Shown: positions 42,300-54,930 of the stretch, in pieces | Layout of the letters: every line of letters starts with the position of its first letter | Position numbering within the stretch: the first letter of the stretch is position 1 | Source: Girardia tigrina | Lineage: Eukaryota | Assembly: GCA_001938485.1 (NCBI GenBank) | Contig: MQRK01179601.1 | Coordinates: forward strand, 74,831 to 138,830 | Reading direction: 5' to 3' | DNA: 64,000 bases | Program-made: the position numbers and the translations under genes | Notes under the pieces: generated by a model | What the model was told of the DNA's origin: nothing | Database searches by the model: none | Seen by the model: only the letters and a program-made list of their open reading frames with translations

Positions 42300-42980
42300 A
42301 AGAACTTACGGATAGAATGGAGAAGCCCCTGAGCGTCTGTTTAGAGAACTCTTACATTGATTACAACATTTATTACAATTACCATTAAGATCATCTTTAC
42401 GACAATCCGTAGTATTGCTTTCACTTTAATTCATCAATCAAACAAAAATACAGTTTAAAAATCTTCTTCCATCATCAACTCTTGAAATGTATCCAATCCA
42501 GCTTTTATAGCCGTTGGCATTCTTTTAAAGCAGTATTAATCTGATATTGTCGAAAATGCTTACTTTTCCTAATATCCTTTGAAAAGTTTTTTTGAGTGCC
42601 AAAAAAAAGTGTTGTGATATTTCTATCTTATTAGTTCATTTCTATTACAATTCCATTCCAAAACTTTTCTTCAGTGGAACTCATTCTATAATCTCTGGTC
42701 TAAGTCTTCTGCTACCAATAATTCAACCTTGTCTGTTCTTTCTGATATAGTTGTGAATCGTATCTACTTCTCCAACATCTTTCAGATGTAATCTCTGCAT
42801 TGTTTGTTCAATCGCCGTATCCTAAGAAACATATTCCTATTTTTTTTATAAATCACATTCAATGAAGCACATGTGTCCAAAAAACTATTTAAATTAATTT
42901 TATTTCTCAATCGTTTCTCCTTTCCATATAATCATAATCTTCAATCTTCGTCTTCCCTCTACGTTTTCTTTTTAAACTAT
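42300..42980 (-). mobile_element. Highly degenerate gypsy protease-RT remnant
   Basis: FLDTCASLNVI and YCFKRMP...TFQELM on the minus strand. Confidence 0.5.
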
Positions 42981-43621
42981 AAAATCTTGTTTATTGTATT
43001 CTGTTTACCATAGATCTTTTATTACTAGTACATAAATTATAATTTATAATAAAAGTAGAAATAAACATAATTTTAATTTATAAAGCTGTTATTTTTTGTA
43101 GGTTGCTAATAAATAATTTATTTATTATTATTATTAGTTAAACATGTATTTATATTAAAGAAAAAACCAAATTTATTTTCAGGTAATATTTGCTAGTATT
43201 ATGACTCCTTCACATGCATATTTGTATACCCCGGATATCTCATATCTACATGTCTTCATAAATATGTTCCCTGTCAACATCCATCGACAACCACACGCAA
43301 TTATTTACTTTTTCTTTCATTTAAAATTATATTATTCATATATCAAACAGATTTTTGTCTCCAAAATGTACAATAGTAATTAATTAAGAAAAAAATAACT
43401 GATTACATATTTTTATGAGTATTTTCTCCCTATTTGTTTGTAAAGCGTACAAAAGAAAACATTTTTCAAAACACAGAAAAGATAATTATTTCGTAGAAAG
43501 TTTACATCTTTCAATTTTGTTAGAAATAGTTTTACTTGATTTTCGTAAAAAAAATGTTTTGAATCGTTATTTTAATTAAATACATAAGTCTGGTTTCCAA
43601 TTATTAAATTTATTTTTGTTA

Positions 43622-44905
43622 TTAGGTGTATAACTTAGTTTTTTGGATATTTTTGCAGAACAGACAAGTTTATTTATATGACATAATAAGTTTTATTCTA
43701 ATCAAAATATTTTCCATCGTTAATTATGACTTTCGACCATCTTTCAGGCAAATTATGAATTCCATCGAAAAAAAGTTTTGGTCTTTTGATGCGATCCATT
43801 GTTCCAGCCATTTTTATATGTTCCTGGTTTCTGAAGTGCTGGTCCCGAAGAGCGCTTTGAATTGATCGGAACAGATGATAATCTAATCGGGAACAATCTG
43901 GTGAATAGGCAGCATACGGTAGAATTTCCCATTTAAGTGCTTCCAACGTGTTTTTTTACTTGTTTTACGACATGTGGCCGAGCATTGTCATGGAGCAAAA
44001 TCACTGTGCACTGTTTGCTGGCTGGGATAGGACGTTTTTCCTTCAATGCATCGTTCAATTTCATTAACTGTTGTTGGTAACGTTCTGCATTAACAGTTTC
44101 ATTCGAATTCAGCAGCTCATAGTATAGTACACATTTCTGATCCCACCAAATGCACAACATAACCTTGCTTCCATGAATGTTTCTTTTTGCTGTTGACGTG
44201 GACGGTTCGCCGGGATGAACCCACGATTTCTTGCGTTTAGAGTTAACATAGTAAATCCATTTTTCATCTCCAGTCACAATATTATGCAAAAACGACCATC
44301 GTCGTTGTTTTGTAAGCAATGAATTGAATATCAGTAATCGACTTTCAATGTTGGCTTGATTCAATTTATGTGGTATCCATTTTCCTTCTTTTTGAATCAT
44401 TTTCATAGCATGTAGACGTTTACTTATGGCTGCGTGATTAACATTTAACTGTTTTGCAAGCTCTTTCTCTGTTTGAGTAGAATCTTCCTTCAGTAATGAT
44501 TCCAAATCTTCATCTTCGAATCTTTTTGGTTGACCGGAACGCTCTTTGTCACGTACGTCGAAATCTCCACTTTTGAAACGTTTATACCAGTTCTCGCAAG
44601 TCTGTTGAGTTGGTGCATGTTGACCATAAGTTTCNNNNNNNNNNNNNNNNNNNNNNNNNNNNNNNNNNNNNNNNNNNNNNNNNNNNNNNNNNNNNNNNNN
44701 NNNNNNNNNNNNNNNNNNNNNNNNNNNNNNNNNNNNNNNNNNNNNNNNNNNNNNNNNNNNNNNNNNNNTAAGGTCAATGACCTACTTAATTTTAATGCCT
44801 CGATTTCAGCACTTTAAAAATCTGTACGTACGACTGTAAAATAATACTTATTACAAAGGTTACACCATCTCTTAGAAAATCCAAAAATCTAAGTTATACA
44901 CCTAA
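43622..44905 (-). mobile_element. Mariner (DD34D) element, frameshifted
   Basis: TIR ttaggtgtataacttag, TA TSD; WIPHKL, TGDEKW, HDNARPH, YSPD...DYHLFRS. Confidence 0.95.
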
Positions 44906-45109
44906 TAAAATAGCAAAAAACTAAATATAATAATAAATATTAAATTTTTTATGAAGTTTAATAAAAAGGATTATTCAAAAATAAATATAATATTTAAAAA
45001 CAATATATATAATTAAATACAAAAATTAATGTAAAATATTTGAAGATTATCTTTATAATATTTTTAAAAAATGTTTTATAAAATTTCAAAAAGACTAAAT
45101 TAACATATT

Positions 45110-45285
45110 ATATATTTACAATTATTTACAAATTATTGGTTTGTGCAAGAAAAATTAAAAATCGTTCCTTAGTCATTTACTTAGGTAAAATATGTTTAAA
45201 TTATTATGTTTATTGTTGTTATATATAGGTTTCAAAAATGTCTTTTTCGGAAATTTCATCGCAATCAAACCACAAACCTAATACA
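45110..45285. repeat. Diverged dispersed repeat, inverted copy at ~49497-49672
   Basis: Colinear reverse-complement similarity by eye. Confidence 0.55.
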
Positions 45286-45667
45286 CATGAACATAATATA
45301 AATTATGGATAAGCTTCAGTCCGGTTAAAGAATTTTTATGAAAAATAAAATTGATCCATTTAAAAATATATTTAACAACAATATATTTCCACAGATCAAC
45401 CGTCATATTTAGATTTCTTATTAATACCTTATTAATACCACATATACCAGGTTAAAACATCGAAAAAAAATTAATAAAACATTAAATGAAATTATGCATT
45501 GTTAAATAATGATTAAGTGAATGACGAATAAATGAATGAATAAATAAATTTACGAAATTTCTAAATATACTTAAATTATTATATTGATCACCGAAAATGA
45601 AAATTAACTAACTCGTTATTGAGTTCGACTTCAGAATTTAGGTTCATGACACAAAATTTTATATTAT

Positions 45668-45937
45668 ATGGGAACAGAACTTGATGAAATTTTAGGTAGG
45701 GTCAGTTTTCCATTGCACTTATGGCACACAGGAACACGTCTTTTTAATGATATCCAAAGAACTAATAATGTCATTGAAAGATGGCACAATTCATTAAAAA
45801 ACATTTTTGGTAATTTGAATCCAACACTTAAATATTTTTTGCAGAAAGTTAGATATGAAGAAGATCGTGCTTTCAAAAATTCTTTATGTTGTCGAATGGT
45901 GAAACAATTAGGAAAAAAAGAAATATGGGGTTTTTAA
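45668..45937 (+). mobile_element. MULE transposase C-terminal remnant
   Basis: W...RTNNVIERWHNSL...P motif. Confidence 0.7.
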
Positions 45938-46436
45938 CGAAAAATTTGTAGCTTTTTAATTTCATTTTTTGATGATTTAATGACGTCATTTTTTTCGATT
46001 TTATAACATACCAGGCTGATTATACGTCTGTAAATCGGGGGATAGGTGTAATTTGAAAGTTCGTTTTAATATAGACAGAATCATCTTCTATATTCTATCC
46101 CTAAAACATCTATGTAGAATTTTCCCACAGACTAGTTAATCATCATCTATTTCACTTATGCTTTTTTCGAAACCCTATTTTGCAAATGACACACATTTTT
46201 GATTTAAAAATGTTTTCAGAGAATGATTAATTGACTAATTATAATAATTTATAAGTGAACAGTCGGAACTCTTTGCATGTTAAGCTCGATTGGTAGTGTT
46301 GTGTATTTTAAAATAATATTTGAATTCCAAATTTCAGAGTCAAAGATACATAAAAGAAAATCACGTGAAATTATTCAAAAACCTAAATGTTATCAAGCTT
46401 TACAAATTTCAGAACTTATCAATAGGATGGAAGTCA

Positions 46437-46484
46437 TAGACTGAAGATGTAGTTTCTTTTTTTATTGACGAATTCGAATTTCTA
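46437..46484 (+). ncRNA. Degenerate minimal hammerhead ribozyme
   Basis: taga-CTGAAGA-tgtagt...attgac-GAA-ttcgaa-TT-tcta; palindromic stem III. Confidence 0.4.
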
Positions 46485-46647
46485 ATCATATAAAAATGAA
46501 TTTTTTATGTTCAAGAAAAATTTATTAATATCAAAATTATAAATTATTAAAACAAATTTCTATTTCATTATTTTTCACATATTTTATTCTTTAACATTTC
46601 GGGAGAAAAAATTTTGTTTAGATTAACAAACTAATATAGTAAAAGTA

Positions 46648-46811
46648 CAGTGGAAGCCGCTTATCGTAGTCACATTCGTCCAGCCAGATTTGACCACAAA
46701 AACCTGCTGGCCATTATATCCGAAATTCTGTTTATAAGTCAAAGTCAGCGCCACAGGTTGCTGCAAATAAAGTGTGTACATCAAGGCGGCCACTATAAGC
46801 GGCTTTCACTG
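46648..46811. mobile_element. pogo/Tigger-type MITE
   Basis: TA|cagtggaagccgcttat...ataagcggctttcactg|TA; related copy at 53912. Confidence 0.85.
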
Positions 46812-47226
46812 TATCATATAAAATAACTTGTTTAAATTTATTTAACTTAATTTACTTATTAAAATTTAGATTAAAATTTCTACTTTTACAATAAATTTTT
46901 TTGTATCAAAAATTTTAATTTCATTTTTTTATCCCTATCATAAACCATATGAATAAAACTTTAGCGTTTTGTTTAAATTACATTTTAAAAAATTTTATTA
47001 TATTTTAAGCTTTAAAATATAGAAACTATATATGTATCATTATGGGAATAAAAATGCTCCATATTAAAAATACTAATTGGATTTTCAATACATTTATTGA
47101 TATCACAACTCGAACTGCCTCCAGGACAATTCTCCACAAAACCTTTGTAGGTATTTATCCAAAGTTATTGATTGATAAATTTTAATTTTGTTTCTAAACA
47201 TCGTATTATTCAAAGAAATTAAATTA

Positions 47227-49392
47227 CAGTTGAATTCGCTTAATGTCACATCGCACGGGATAAAATTTTATGTCGATATTAACCGGATGTGGATATTAAC
47301 CGACTACCTCAGAAAATGAAAGCACCTTATCTTAAACATTCAAGTATAGTAAACTGCATTCAGTACAAAAGCAAACCAATCATAATAGCCAACACCAAGA
47401 ACATTATGCTCATCAGAAATTGAGAACATGTTAAAAAGACATAAATTCAGTTATTTTGCATTGTTTCAGTGTTTTTTGTGAGTGCACAGTTTTCTCAATG
47501 ATAATCAAAGAAGAAGACGTACTCTCGTACATATCACGCGAAATCATATATCGTGGAAGAGTTTCAACAGCTTCCAGTGCAGCAGCATGCGTTGGTGGAA
47601 TCGTCGCAACATCAACTGTTTGGATGTCACTATCCAATTCCACGTCACTGTCGCTATGAGCAGCAGTTGCACTAGCGTTGATATCTCTCATAATATNCGC
47701 TTCAGTTGGCACCTCTGTAATTATGACGTCCTTGTCCATGTCGATATAATCACATAAGTTGATGCTTTCAGGAATGAAACCGGTCTGAGCCAAGCGTTCC
47801 AACAATGTGTCACCGTTGTAGGCGGAAGAGACCAAGCCCTCTTCAGGTTCAGTCCCAATTTCTTCTGCAGCAGAAAAGGCGGAGGGAAATGCTTTTTGGA
47901 AGCAGTTGACATTTGTTTGCTCAGTGACGCGTTCCCAAGCAGTGCGGAGGAACAGTAGCGCATCAATGGGATAAGGGATGTATTCTTCGCCGAGATCAAA
48001 TGAAGAAATTCGCTTTTCAATTTGGATTCGATGATAGCGGCTTTTGAAGCTCCAAATCACTCCGGCGTCCATTGGTTGGGAAACGCTTGTTGTGCCAGGA
48101 GGGAGGAAGAACAGGGTTATGTTCCGCAAGCCGATGANNNNNNNATGTGCGGGGCAGTTGTCAAGTATCAGGGCAATTCGACGTTTGTTAGCTGCCATTT
48201 TCTTATCCAGGTCCCGGATCCACTTGTCGAATATCTCTGACGTAATCCACGCTTTTCTTTGTGAGGCGTAGAGGTTGGGAAGATGTTTCAAGCCTTGAAA
48301 GCAGCGTGGCTTTGCACTGCGTTCGATTACTAGTACTGAAAGCTTTTCACCAGCCATGTTGGCTGCCACCAACACTGTGATACGGGCTTTCGATTGATTT
48401 TCGCCTTTGCACTGTTGTCCTTTGAAGNNNNNNNNNNNNNNNNNNNNNNNNNNNNNNNNNNNNNNNNNNNNNNNNNNNNNNNNNNNNNNNNNNNNNNNNN
48501 NNNNNNNNNNNNNNNNNNNNNNNNNNNNNNNNNNNNNNNNNNNNNNNNNNNNNNNNNNNNNNNNNNNNNNNNNNNNNNNNNNNNNNNNNNNNNNNNNNNN
48601 NNNNNNNNNNNNNNNNNNNNNNNNNNNNNNNNNNNNNNNNNNNNNNNNNNNNNNNNNNNNNNNNNNNNNNNNNNNNNNNNNNNNNNNNNNNNNNNNNNNN
48701 NNNNNNNNNNNNNNNNNNNNNNNNNNNNNNNNNNNNNNNNNNNNNNNNNNNNNNNNNNNNNNNNNNNNNNNNNNNNNNNNNNNNNNNNNNNNNNNNNNNN
48801 NNNNNNNNNNNNNNNNNNNNNNNNNNNNNNNNNNNNNNNNNNNNNNNNNNNNNNNNNNNNNNNNNNNNNNNNNNNNNNNNNNNNNNNNNNNNNNNNNNNN
48901 NNNNNNNNNNNNNNNNNNNNNNNNNNNNNNNNNNNNNNNNNNNNNNNNNNNNNNNNNNNNNNNNNNNNNNNNNNNNNNNNNNNNNNNNNNNNNNNNNNNN
49001 NNNNNNNNNNNNNNNNNNNNNNNNNNNNNNNNNNNNNNNNNNNNNNNNNNNNNNNNNNNNNNNNNNNNNNNNNNNNNNNNNNNNNNNNNNNNNNNNNNNN
49101 NNNNNNNNNNNNNNNNNNNNNNNNNNNNNNNNNNNNNNNNNNNNNNNNNNNNNNNNNNNNNNNNNNNNNNNNNNNNNNNNNNNNNNNNNNNNNNNNNNNN
49201 NNNNNNNNNNNNNNNNNNNNNNNNNNNNNNNNNNNNNNNNNNNNNNNNNNNNNNNNNNNNNNNNNNNNNNNNNNNNATAATAAACGGATATTTTTGTTAA
49301 GGACACAGTAGAAGTTCGCCAGAGAATCTCCACCATGTTGATAATAACTGAATGTGGATATTAAGCAGTGTGACATTAAACGGATTCAACTG
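47227..49392 (-). mobile_element. pogo/Tigger-like element with DDE_1 transposase (47431-48427 visible)
   Basis: TIR cagttgaat.cg.ttaatgtcaca, TA TSD; KAWIT, LDNCPAH, FLPPGTTSVSQPMDAGVI. Confidence 0.95.
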
Positions 49393-50646
49393 TACCATTT
49401 TATATACAATATCGATTACAAAATAATTTTTATAATTTTAAAATATATTACTTATGATTTATAATTATGATTTATATTTATAAACTGAATTATAAATATT
49501 AGGTTCGTGGTTGTGTAATGATGTAAATTCAGAAAAAGACGTTTTTGAAAATTTTACTTAATAACAACAATAAACATATTACTTAAACAAGTTTTGTCTA
49601 AGTAAATTTCTATGGAGCGATATTTAATTTTTCTAGCGCAAATCAATAATATCAGAATAATTGTAAATATATGTTAATTTATTAATTTCGAATATGACAT
49701 AATTATTAAAAAATGTATGTCAAAAGGATTGAAAAAGATTCACACATTTTTATTGAATATTTTACCATTTCAGAATGTTTTATCAAATGTTAAAGCATTA
49801 TTAATATTATATTATTTATTTATTTTTAAGACAATAAAAAGTGAATATAGCATAAATAAAAATGGAATCATGTTATTAAAAAACGACTTATGTATTATAT
49901 TTTCAAAGGAATTTACTTTATGTTTTTTTATGAAAAATGAATTTTCTATGTTTAATTAAATTAATTTTATATAAAATAAAAACAATTAATTTTTAGTTTT
50001 GGGATTCTTTGACCTTTATATTAGTTCAAAAAATCTATTTAATTTATCAGACGCCACTGCTGAAGCAATAATGAATTCGAATCCGGTAAGTGAAAAGAGG
50101 TAGAAAACTTTTCTTTTGACAAACTTTTTAGAATTATATTCTAATTAAAAACGAAAAAAATATTTTTTAAATTACTTTTATTTCTTACAATTCTATGTTT
50201 AAAAAAATAATAATAGAATTACTGCCACAACATATATCCGTATATCAGTCAGTCCTTTGACAGAGTTGATTAGTGCTATAAAACAGTCAGGAGTTACATT
50301 TATTACATATCCGGTCCGTAAAATTAGAACCGATTTTTATAACTCTAATTAAATCGGTATTTAAACTATTTTATTTTCTTTACATCAAATGTAACTTTAC
50401 TTTATTTATCAACTATATTAACATTTTTATCGGAAAAGAAAGATTATATAATTTCCTTAATAAAACAAAATGGTTTTTAAAAATACATATTATTTTAAAA
50501 TGATGATAGATTTTTTATAAAAATGAAAAAAAAAACGTTCATCAAAAAATAGATTGTAATTAATTTCGACAGATCAACCGTCATTAACAGACTAAAATAA
50601 CAATGATATATTAGCATTTATATATCACAAATATCAAAATCATTAA

Positions 50647-50886
50647 CACCTTGAGTGCAATACGACCCACCGGTGGGTCGTTGCTAATTTCCATCTGCTG
50701 TGAAACGACCTATGGGTGAGTCGTTTATAAAAATAATACGGAATATTTAAAAGTACCCCAAAAGTTGGTATTATTACCATTTTTAAATATTCCGTATTAT
50801 TTTTATAAACGACTCACCCGTGGGACATTTCGCAGCAGATGGAAATCATCAACTATCCACTGGTGGGTCGTATCGCACTCAACGTG
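50647..50886. mobile_element. Palindromic piggyBac-like MITE
   Basis: TTAA TSD; cac.ttgagtgc termini; arms of about 105 bp. Confidence 0.85.
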
Positions 50887-50989
50887 TTAAAATACTTCCA
50901 GTAAAATTGAAGGTGTTTAAACATTGGTTTTACAATCAGAGAATTCGATCACATATCTTCTCAATATTTGAAAGAGTAACCTAAAGTTT

Positions 50990-52720
50990 TCCATCAAGAC
51001 TTTTCAAACAGGAGCGTTTTTCATTTTTAATTAAAACTAAGGTAGAGAAACTCAGTTCACTTAAATATGTGGTTTAAAATGGCAGCAAGATTTCGATAAC
51101 TTTGTCGGAAATCATAGGATATTCATTCTTTAATAATTCAGAAAACATCTAATGGCATTTCCATGAATTTTATTTTTTAACGTTCTGTCATTCTACAATT
51201 CGAAAAATTTCTCTCTAATTTTCAAGGATAGTCCTTGTGTAGATTTTTCCACATTTGTACCAAAAAGATTTCGAATCCAATCGTATTACTCTATGTTGAT
51301 TAAATGAAAGTAGTACTCAAATTGTTGTTGCAGCAATGTTAAATGTTGTTGAGCCAAATCCAAAATTATTTTTCTGTTTTCAATTCTGATGCTTTTGGTC
51401 ATTTGATACATTTCTAATGATCCTTCTTTTAACACTGTCTGCCAAAGTTCCAGTTTCAATTTGAATCCTTTTAATTTGTTAGAGATGTCAATAAATTTTC
51501 ATTTGGACTCTGCATTTTTAATTAAGTTCGTTCATGTGTTCGAATGTATGCCATTTGAATGTATGCTATTTTGACAATCCAATTAATATTTTCGAAGAGC
51601 AGATGTAGTTCTGACATATTTTGATTAAGTAGAAACTGACTAACCTCGTGACGAAGCTCAAATAATCTGAACAAAACTTTACCTCGGGATAGGCAGCGTA
51701 CTTCCGTGTAATACAACAAGGATTTATATTTTTATCCCATTTCTGCGCATAATGCATCGAAAATTCGCGAATTTAGGGCTCTTGATTTAAAAATATTTAT
51801 GATTTTCACGCATTCGCTCATTGTTTGTAATAATTGTTCGGGCAAGTTCTCAGTCATCAGTGCTTCACGATATGCATCAGTGTGTAAATTGTATTGTCAG
51901 ATTTTGTCGTTTTATACATGAGACAAACCTTTTTTTATAGTCCATCATTGCTGCAGCTCCATCATTGCAAACGCTAATACAATTACTCCATTGAATTTCA
52001 TAAATTTCGAAGAAATCATTTGTTACACGGAAAATTTCTTCTCCAGTTGTTGAGTTTGGAAGCTCTTTGCAAAATAAATAATGTTCTTTTATTTAATCCT
52101 CGTCAACAAAACGTAGAATACTTATTAATTGTGCTTGGTTTTTTAGCCGTTTTTTGTTTTTTAATCAGTGTTTCAATAACATCGCACGACATATCCCCAA
52201 TACGTCTTTTAATAGTATCAACTGACAAAAATTTTACTAATTTCTTTAACTTCATTAGGCCCAAACAAAATTCGAACCATTTCCATGCACGCTGGTTTGA
52301 AAAGCTTCTCACAAATTGTATGAGATTTTTTCTGATGCCAATTAGTTTTGCAACATGGTAACTAGCTTCCAACGCTTTATCATAAACTGTGAAAGACTTA
52401 GTCATAATTTGCGTCTGTTTAAGATTTTGATTTAAACACCTTTAAAAAATTGCTTATCTTTCTTGGCATAAGCGAAATGTTTTGAATTTAAATGGCGAAT
52501 CAGTTTACTTGGTACCATAGCGTCATTAGAAAGCTGTTTTCTGCATATGATACATTCTAGTTTTAAAGCCGTTTCTTCACCACAACATGAATAAGCTGCA
52601 ATGTACTCATCGTTGTACAGCCTTCTTGAAATCTTCGACTTTTTGCTAACACTGCTCGTACTTTGTTCATCATCATTTGTCGAAGACACTACATTTTCTT
52701 TCTGCAAAAACTTGTCCATA
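50990..52720 (-). mobile_element. hAT Buster/Charlie (ZBED8/SCAND3-like) transposase pseudogene
   Basis: CIIC...LSNDAMVPSKLIRHLNSKH, ALEASY, LSVDTIKRRI, TEVRCLSRGKVL. Confidence 0.9.
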
Positions 52721-52966
52721 TTAAAATAAAATTTCCAATTGACAGAATTTTTACTATATAAAAAACTAACATTAGCTATTATCGTAAAACACATAAATAA
52801 ACTAAAAAATACTTACTTTATTTTAGTTACAACAACAGTAATTATTATTTTTCAAATAATATCAATTTTTTAATTTAAGCAAATAGTTTTAAATTCCGAA
52901 AATTCAGAAAATTAAAACTTTAAATTTACAGACATTTTATTATATAAATAAAAATGACATTATCTA

Positions 52967-53499
52967 TGTGAGGAATATTTTAAATTTGGTATGTTGAAAT
53001 TGGTTTGTTGAATTTTGTATGTTGAGTTTAGTATTTGGAAATGTGTTTCTTCAACCCAGGTGGAAAATTGATATTTTGGATGTTCACGATAAATAATTAT
53101 TCGAGTATAATTTGCATTTTAAAGTACAGCATAAGATATTTAAAAAACTTTAAAAATATTAAATCGTTTCAAATTTTCATATTAAAAATTCAAATAAAGT
53201 AAATAGCTTTAAACTAAGTTTTAAATTAAATAAATGTTCTTTCTTTACATAAAATCATTTTTTAAATAAAATTAATATGTAGATAAAATTATTACTAAAA
53301 TTACAAAATTTGAACTTTAAAAATAAAATCAGAAAATAATGAAAAATTTGTTTGAATAATTGTTTATTAAAAACATTAACTAAAATTCATCAATTTAGAA
53401 CGATGTCGAATTACGAAAGCTTTGCTGAGAGTTGTCCAAAAGACAATTCTAATTGTATTGAAAATAAAATTTCGAAAAGCCAAGTTGGTGTTCTTAATA
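52967..53499 (+). mobile_element. Solo LTR
   Basis: TGTGAGGAATA...GGTGTTCTTAATA with perfect 5-bp TSD ATCTA. Confidence 0.85.
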
Positions 53500-53589
53500 A
53501 TCTATTATCTCAAAACACAAGAAAAATTAAAAATCCTTACTTTATTTTAGTTTAAAACAAAAATTTTTTTATTGGCGAAACTGTTTTTA

Positions 53590-53870
53590 TTACAATGAAG
53601 AATTTAAATACCTGATGAAAGGAAAAATATCTGACAGACTAAAAAAGGCTGTCGAGCAATAAAAAAAATATCCGAAAATGATTCAGCCGTGCATCAAAAT
53701 ATTAGCTAGTACATTCCCACCTTGCTTTAAAGAATTTGCTGAGCAGAAGGAACCCACAAGACACATTAAGAATGTGCATCTGGCCACGGTGCCAACTACA
53801 CAGAGAGGTGGTGGTTCATTTATATGTCCCATGAAGAACTGCCACAAAACTTATAAATCTAATGGATAGC
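53590..53870 (+). mobile_element. C2H2 zinc-finger remnant homologous to 27000-27235
   Basis: RHIKNVHL...QRGGGSFICPMKNCHKTYKS. Confidence 0.6.
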
Positions 53871-53911
53871 TACATTTTTTTTGAAAAAAAAACAGTTTTT
53901 GTTGAAGTATA

Positions 53912-54100
53912 CAGTGAAAGCCACTTAAAGTGGCCATATTCGTTCAGCCAAATTTGGCCACTAAAGCCGGTTGGCCATTATATCCGAAGTTCTGTTTATA
54001 AGTCAAAGTCAGCGCCAGGGCATGCATTTAAAATTCCTGCAAATACCGTGCATACATTAAAGCGGTCACTCTTAAGCGGTGGACACTATAAGCGATTTAC
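53912..54100. mobile_element. pogo-type MITE related to 46648-46811
   Basis: Shared ggccattatatccgaa.ttctgtttataagtcaaagtcagcgcca; right TIR damaged. Confidence 0.75.
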
Positions 54101-54200
54101 AAAAACTGTCCTGTGTTGTATATAACTCCGTATTTGTTTTCTTTATGTTAATCTCCGTCTCATAACGTTCGTTATTTTTATTTATCTATCTATCTATCTA

Positions 54201-54235
<35 letters not shown>

Positions 54236-54514
54236 AAAAGAAAATACACTACTTTAATAAATTTTTATTACACACAATACATGTTTTTACGACATCGTCA
54301 CATGTGAAAGAATTTTAAATTACAAGTCATTTTTATGACACATTGACTATTACACAATTAATCTTTTTAATGTATCAATATTTTTAAATATTTATAATCA
54401 TTTTTTACTCCGAATAATAGGGGCAAACTTACTAAAACCCTTCGTAATTGTATCTCGTATTCATATTTGGTAAAGCGGGATAAGCAAAAAAATGCGTGAA
54501 GGTATTCCTCTACC

Positions 54515-54841
54515 TTATCTAAATCAGATCAATACGATCCGTTGAGGGGTAGTACCGGCATGACTCATTCGCATGAAGAACTGCCCCAGAGGGAATCCTG
54601 ATTTCAACTGCAGCGATATGAAGCACAGCATTGTGTCTTGCATTCCAAAAGTTGTTCATTGGCATGCAACCCACAAGAACATGTGCAAGAGTTTCGTCAT
54701 CGGAACAATCCCTGCGGCAGGGTACGTGATTATCAATCCAGGGATGACACCGCACAGAGATAGTGTATGATCTAGCCTTATGAATAAATTCTCATTCAGT
54801 TTTTGTAAGTCGACCAGAATAGAGTGGTGATGTGGAATATG
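54515..54841 (-). mobile_element. R2/NeSL/Utopia-type non-LTR fragment (CCHC knuckle and start of restriction-like endonuclease)
   Basis: FIH..RS...CRRDC..DETLAHVLVGC...RHNAVL...E...RIDLI. Confidence 0.85.
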
Positions 54842-54930
54842 CATATTCCACCTCACTACTCTATGCTGGTCGACTTACAAAAACTGAATGAGAATTTATT
54901 CATAAGGCCAGATCATACACTATCTCTGTG
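54753..54930. repeat. 178-bp loopless palindrome
   Basis: Centre ggaatatg|catattcc at 54841/54842; about 4 mismatches between arms. Confidence 0.95.

Noticed and set aside
48330-49376. Long ORFs containing X runs (also at 29.7, 36.0, 44.5 kb)
   Set aside because: Artefacts of N gaps.
53403-53499. Repeated short 'ORF head' MSNYESFAESCPKDN...VLN (also at 10247, 10704, 26829, 39220)
   Set aside because: It is the 3' end of the solo LTR (it contains AATAAA and stops at the TSD), not a protein family.
10608-53499. Giant 43-kb element bounded by ~530-bp inverted repeats (also the 23804-26925 pair)
   Set aside because: Individual repeats carry their own 5-bp TSDs, so they are independent solo LTRs in opposite orientation.
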